64,000 nt of DNA from Octopus bimaculoides (lineage: Eukaryota): the NCBI RefSeq assembly GCF_001194135.2, contig NC_068983.1, positions 21,039,074 through 21,103,073 on the forward strand, given 5' to 3'. The notes beneath the pieces are model-generated. The model was not told the origin of the DNA and ran no database searches. It worked only from the letters and a program-made list of their open reading frames with translations. The translations under genes were made by a program, and so were the position numbers. This document shows, in pieces, positions 63,621 through 64,000 of this stretch (its first letter is position 1; every line of letters begins with the position of its first letter).

Positions 63621-64000
63621 ATGTGATATTTGTGCAATAAAGAAATCAAACATGGAGTGTGTGTGTTTATATTAGAGAGACAGTGTGAGTGTGTTTGTGT
63701 TTGTGAGAGAGAGAGAGCGGGGATAGAGAACATTGAAAACACTGAATGAAAATAAAAATGAAATGAGACAATCCAATAAGTAAATGCTCGTTAAAAAATG
63801 AAAATTCGTTAAAAACTGTCTTGTTTGGCGTGCTAGAAATAGCAGCGTTCACATAGTTATTATTGTAAGGCTTATAGCGTTCCAAGTAGCCATACCAACA
63901 AAATCACTTCATGTAAAAAAAAAGGTATATATACCGGTATATTAAAGAATTTTCATTTTATCAAACTGAAAATATTCATGAAATTGTGCATCGTTTCAAA

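Overview
Repeat-dense eukaryotic DNA from a gapped draft assembly: 22 N-runs totalling about 8.3 kb, most bordered by dinucleotide or mononucleotide tracts. The mix of tRNA-derived SINEs and microsatellites is typical of Octopus genomes; the species call is inference. I cannot support any host protein-coding gene, rRNA, true tRNA or CRISPR array, and most ORF-track entries are microsatellite or N-gap artefacts. What is supportable is a layered set of transposons: a Tx1/L1-like ORF1 remnant with a CCHC knuckle, a Penelope-like element (PLE) with an inverted terminal segment, a maT (DD37D-like) and a Tc1 transposase remnant, an RLE-type (R4/Dong-like) 3' fragment, a CR1/L2-group LINE, two Helitron pieces, a MITE with 23-bp TIRs and an 8-bp TSD, four SINE families (my labels B, C/A, D, E) and an unclassified repeat (my label F). 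The best leads are: (1) a minimal type-I hammerhead-ribozyme fold in the PLE terminal repeat whose conserved C3-G8 pair is swapped to G3-C8, with that core present in both repeat copies; (2) repeat F, with terminal direct repeats and a pseudoknot-like segment; (3) a SINE whose 3' tail matches the local LINE 3' end and which carries an internal microsatellite; (4) SINE-B copies joined head-to-tail at the same junction three times. Most boundaries were set by eye and are approximate.
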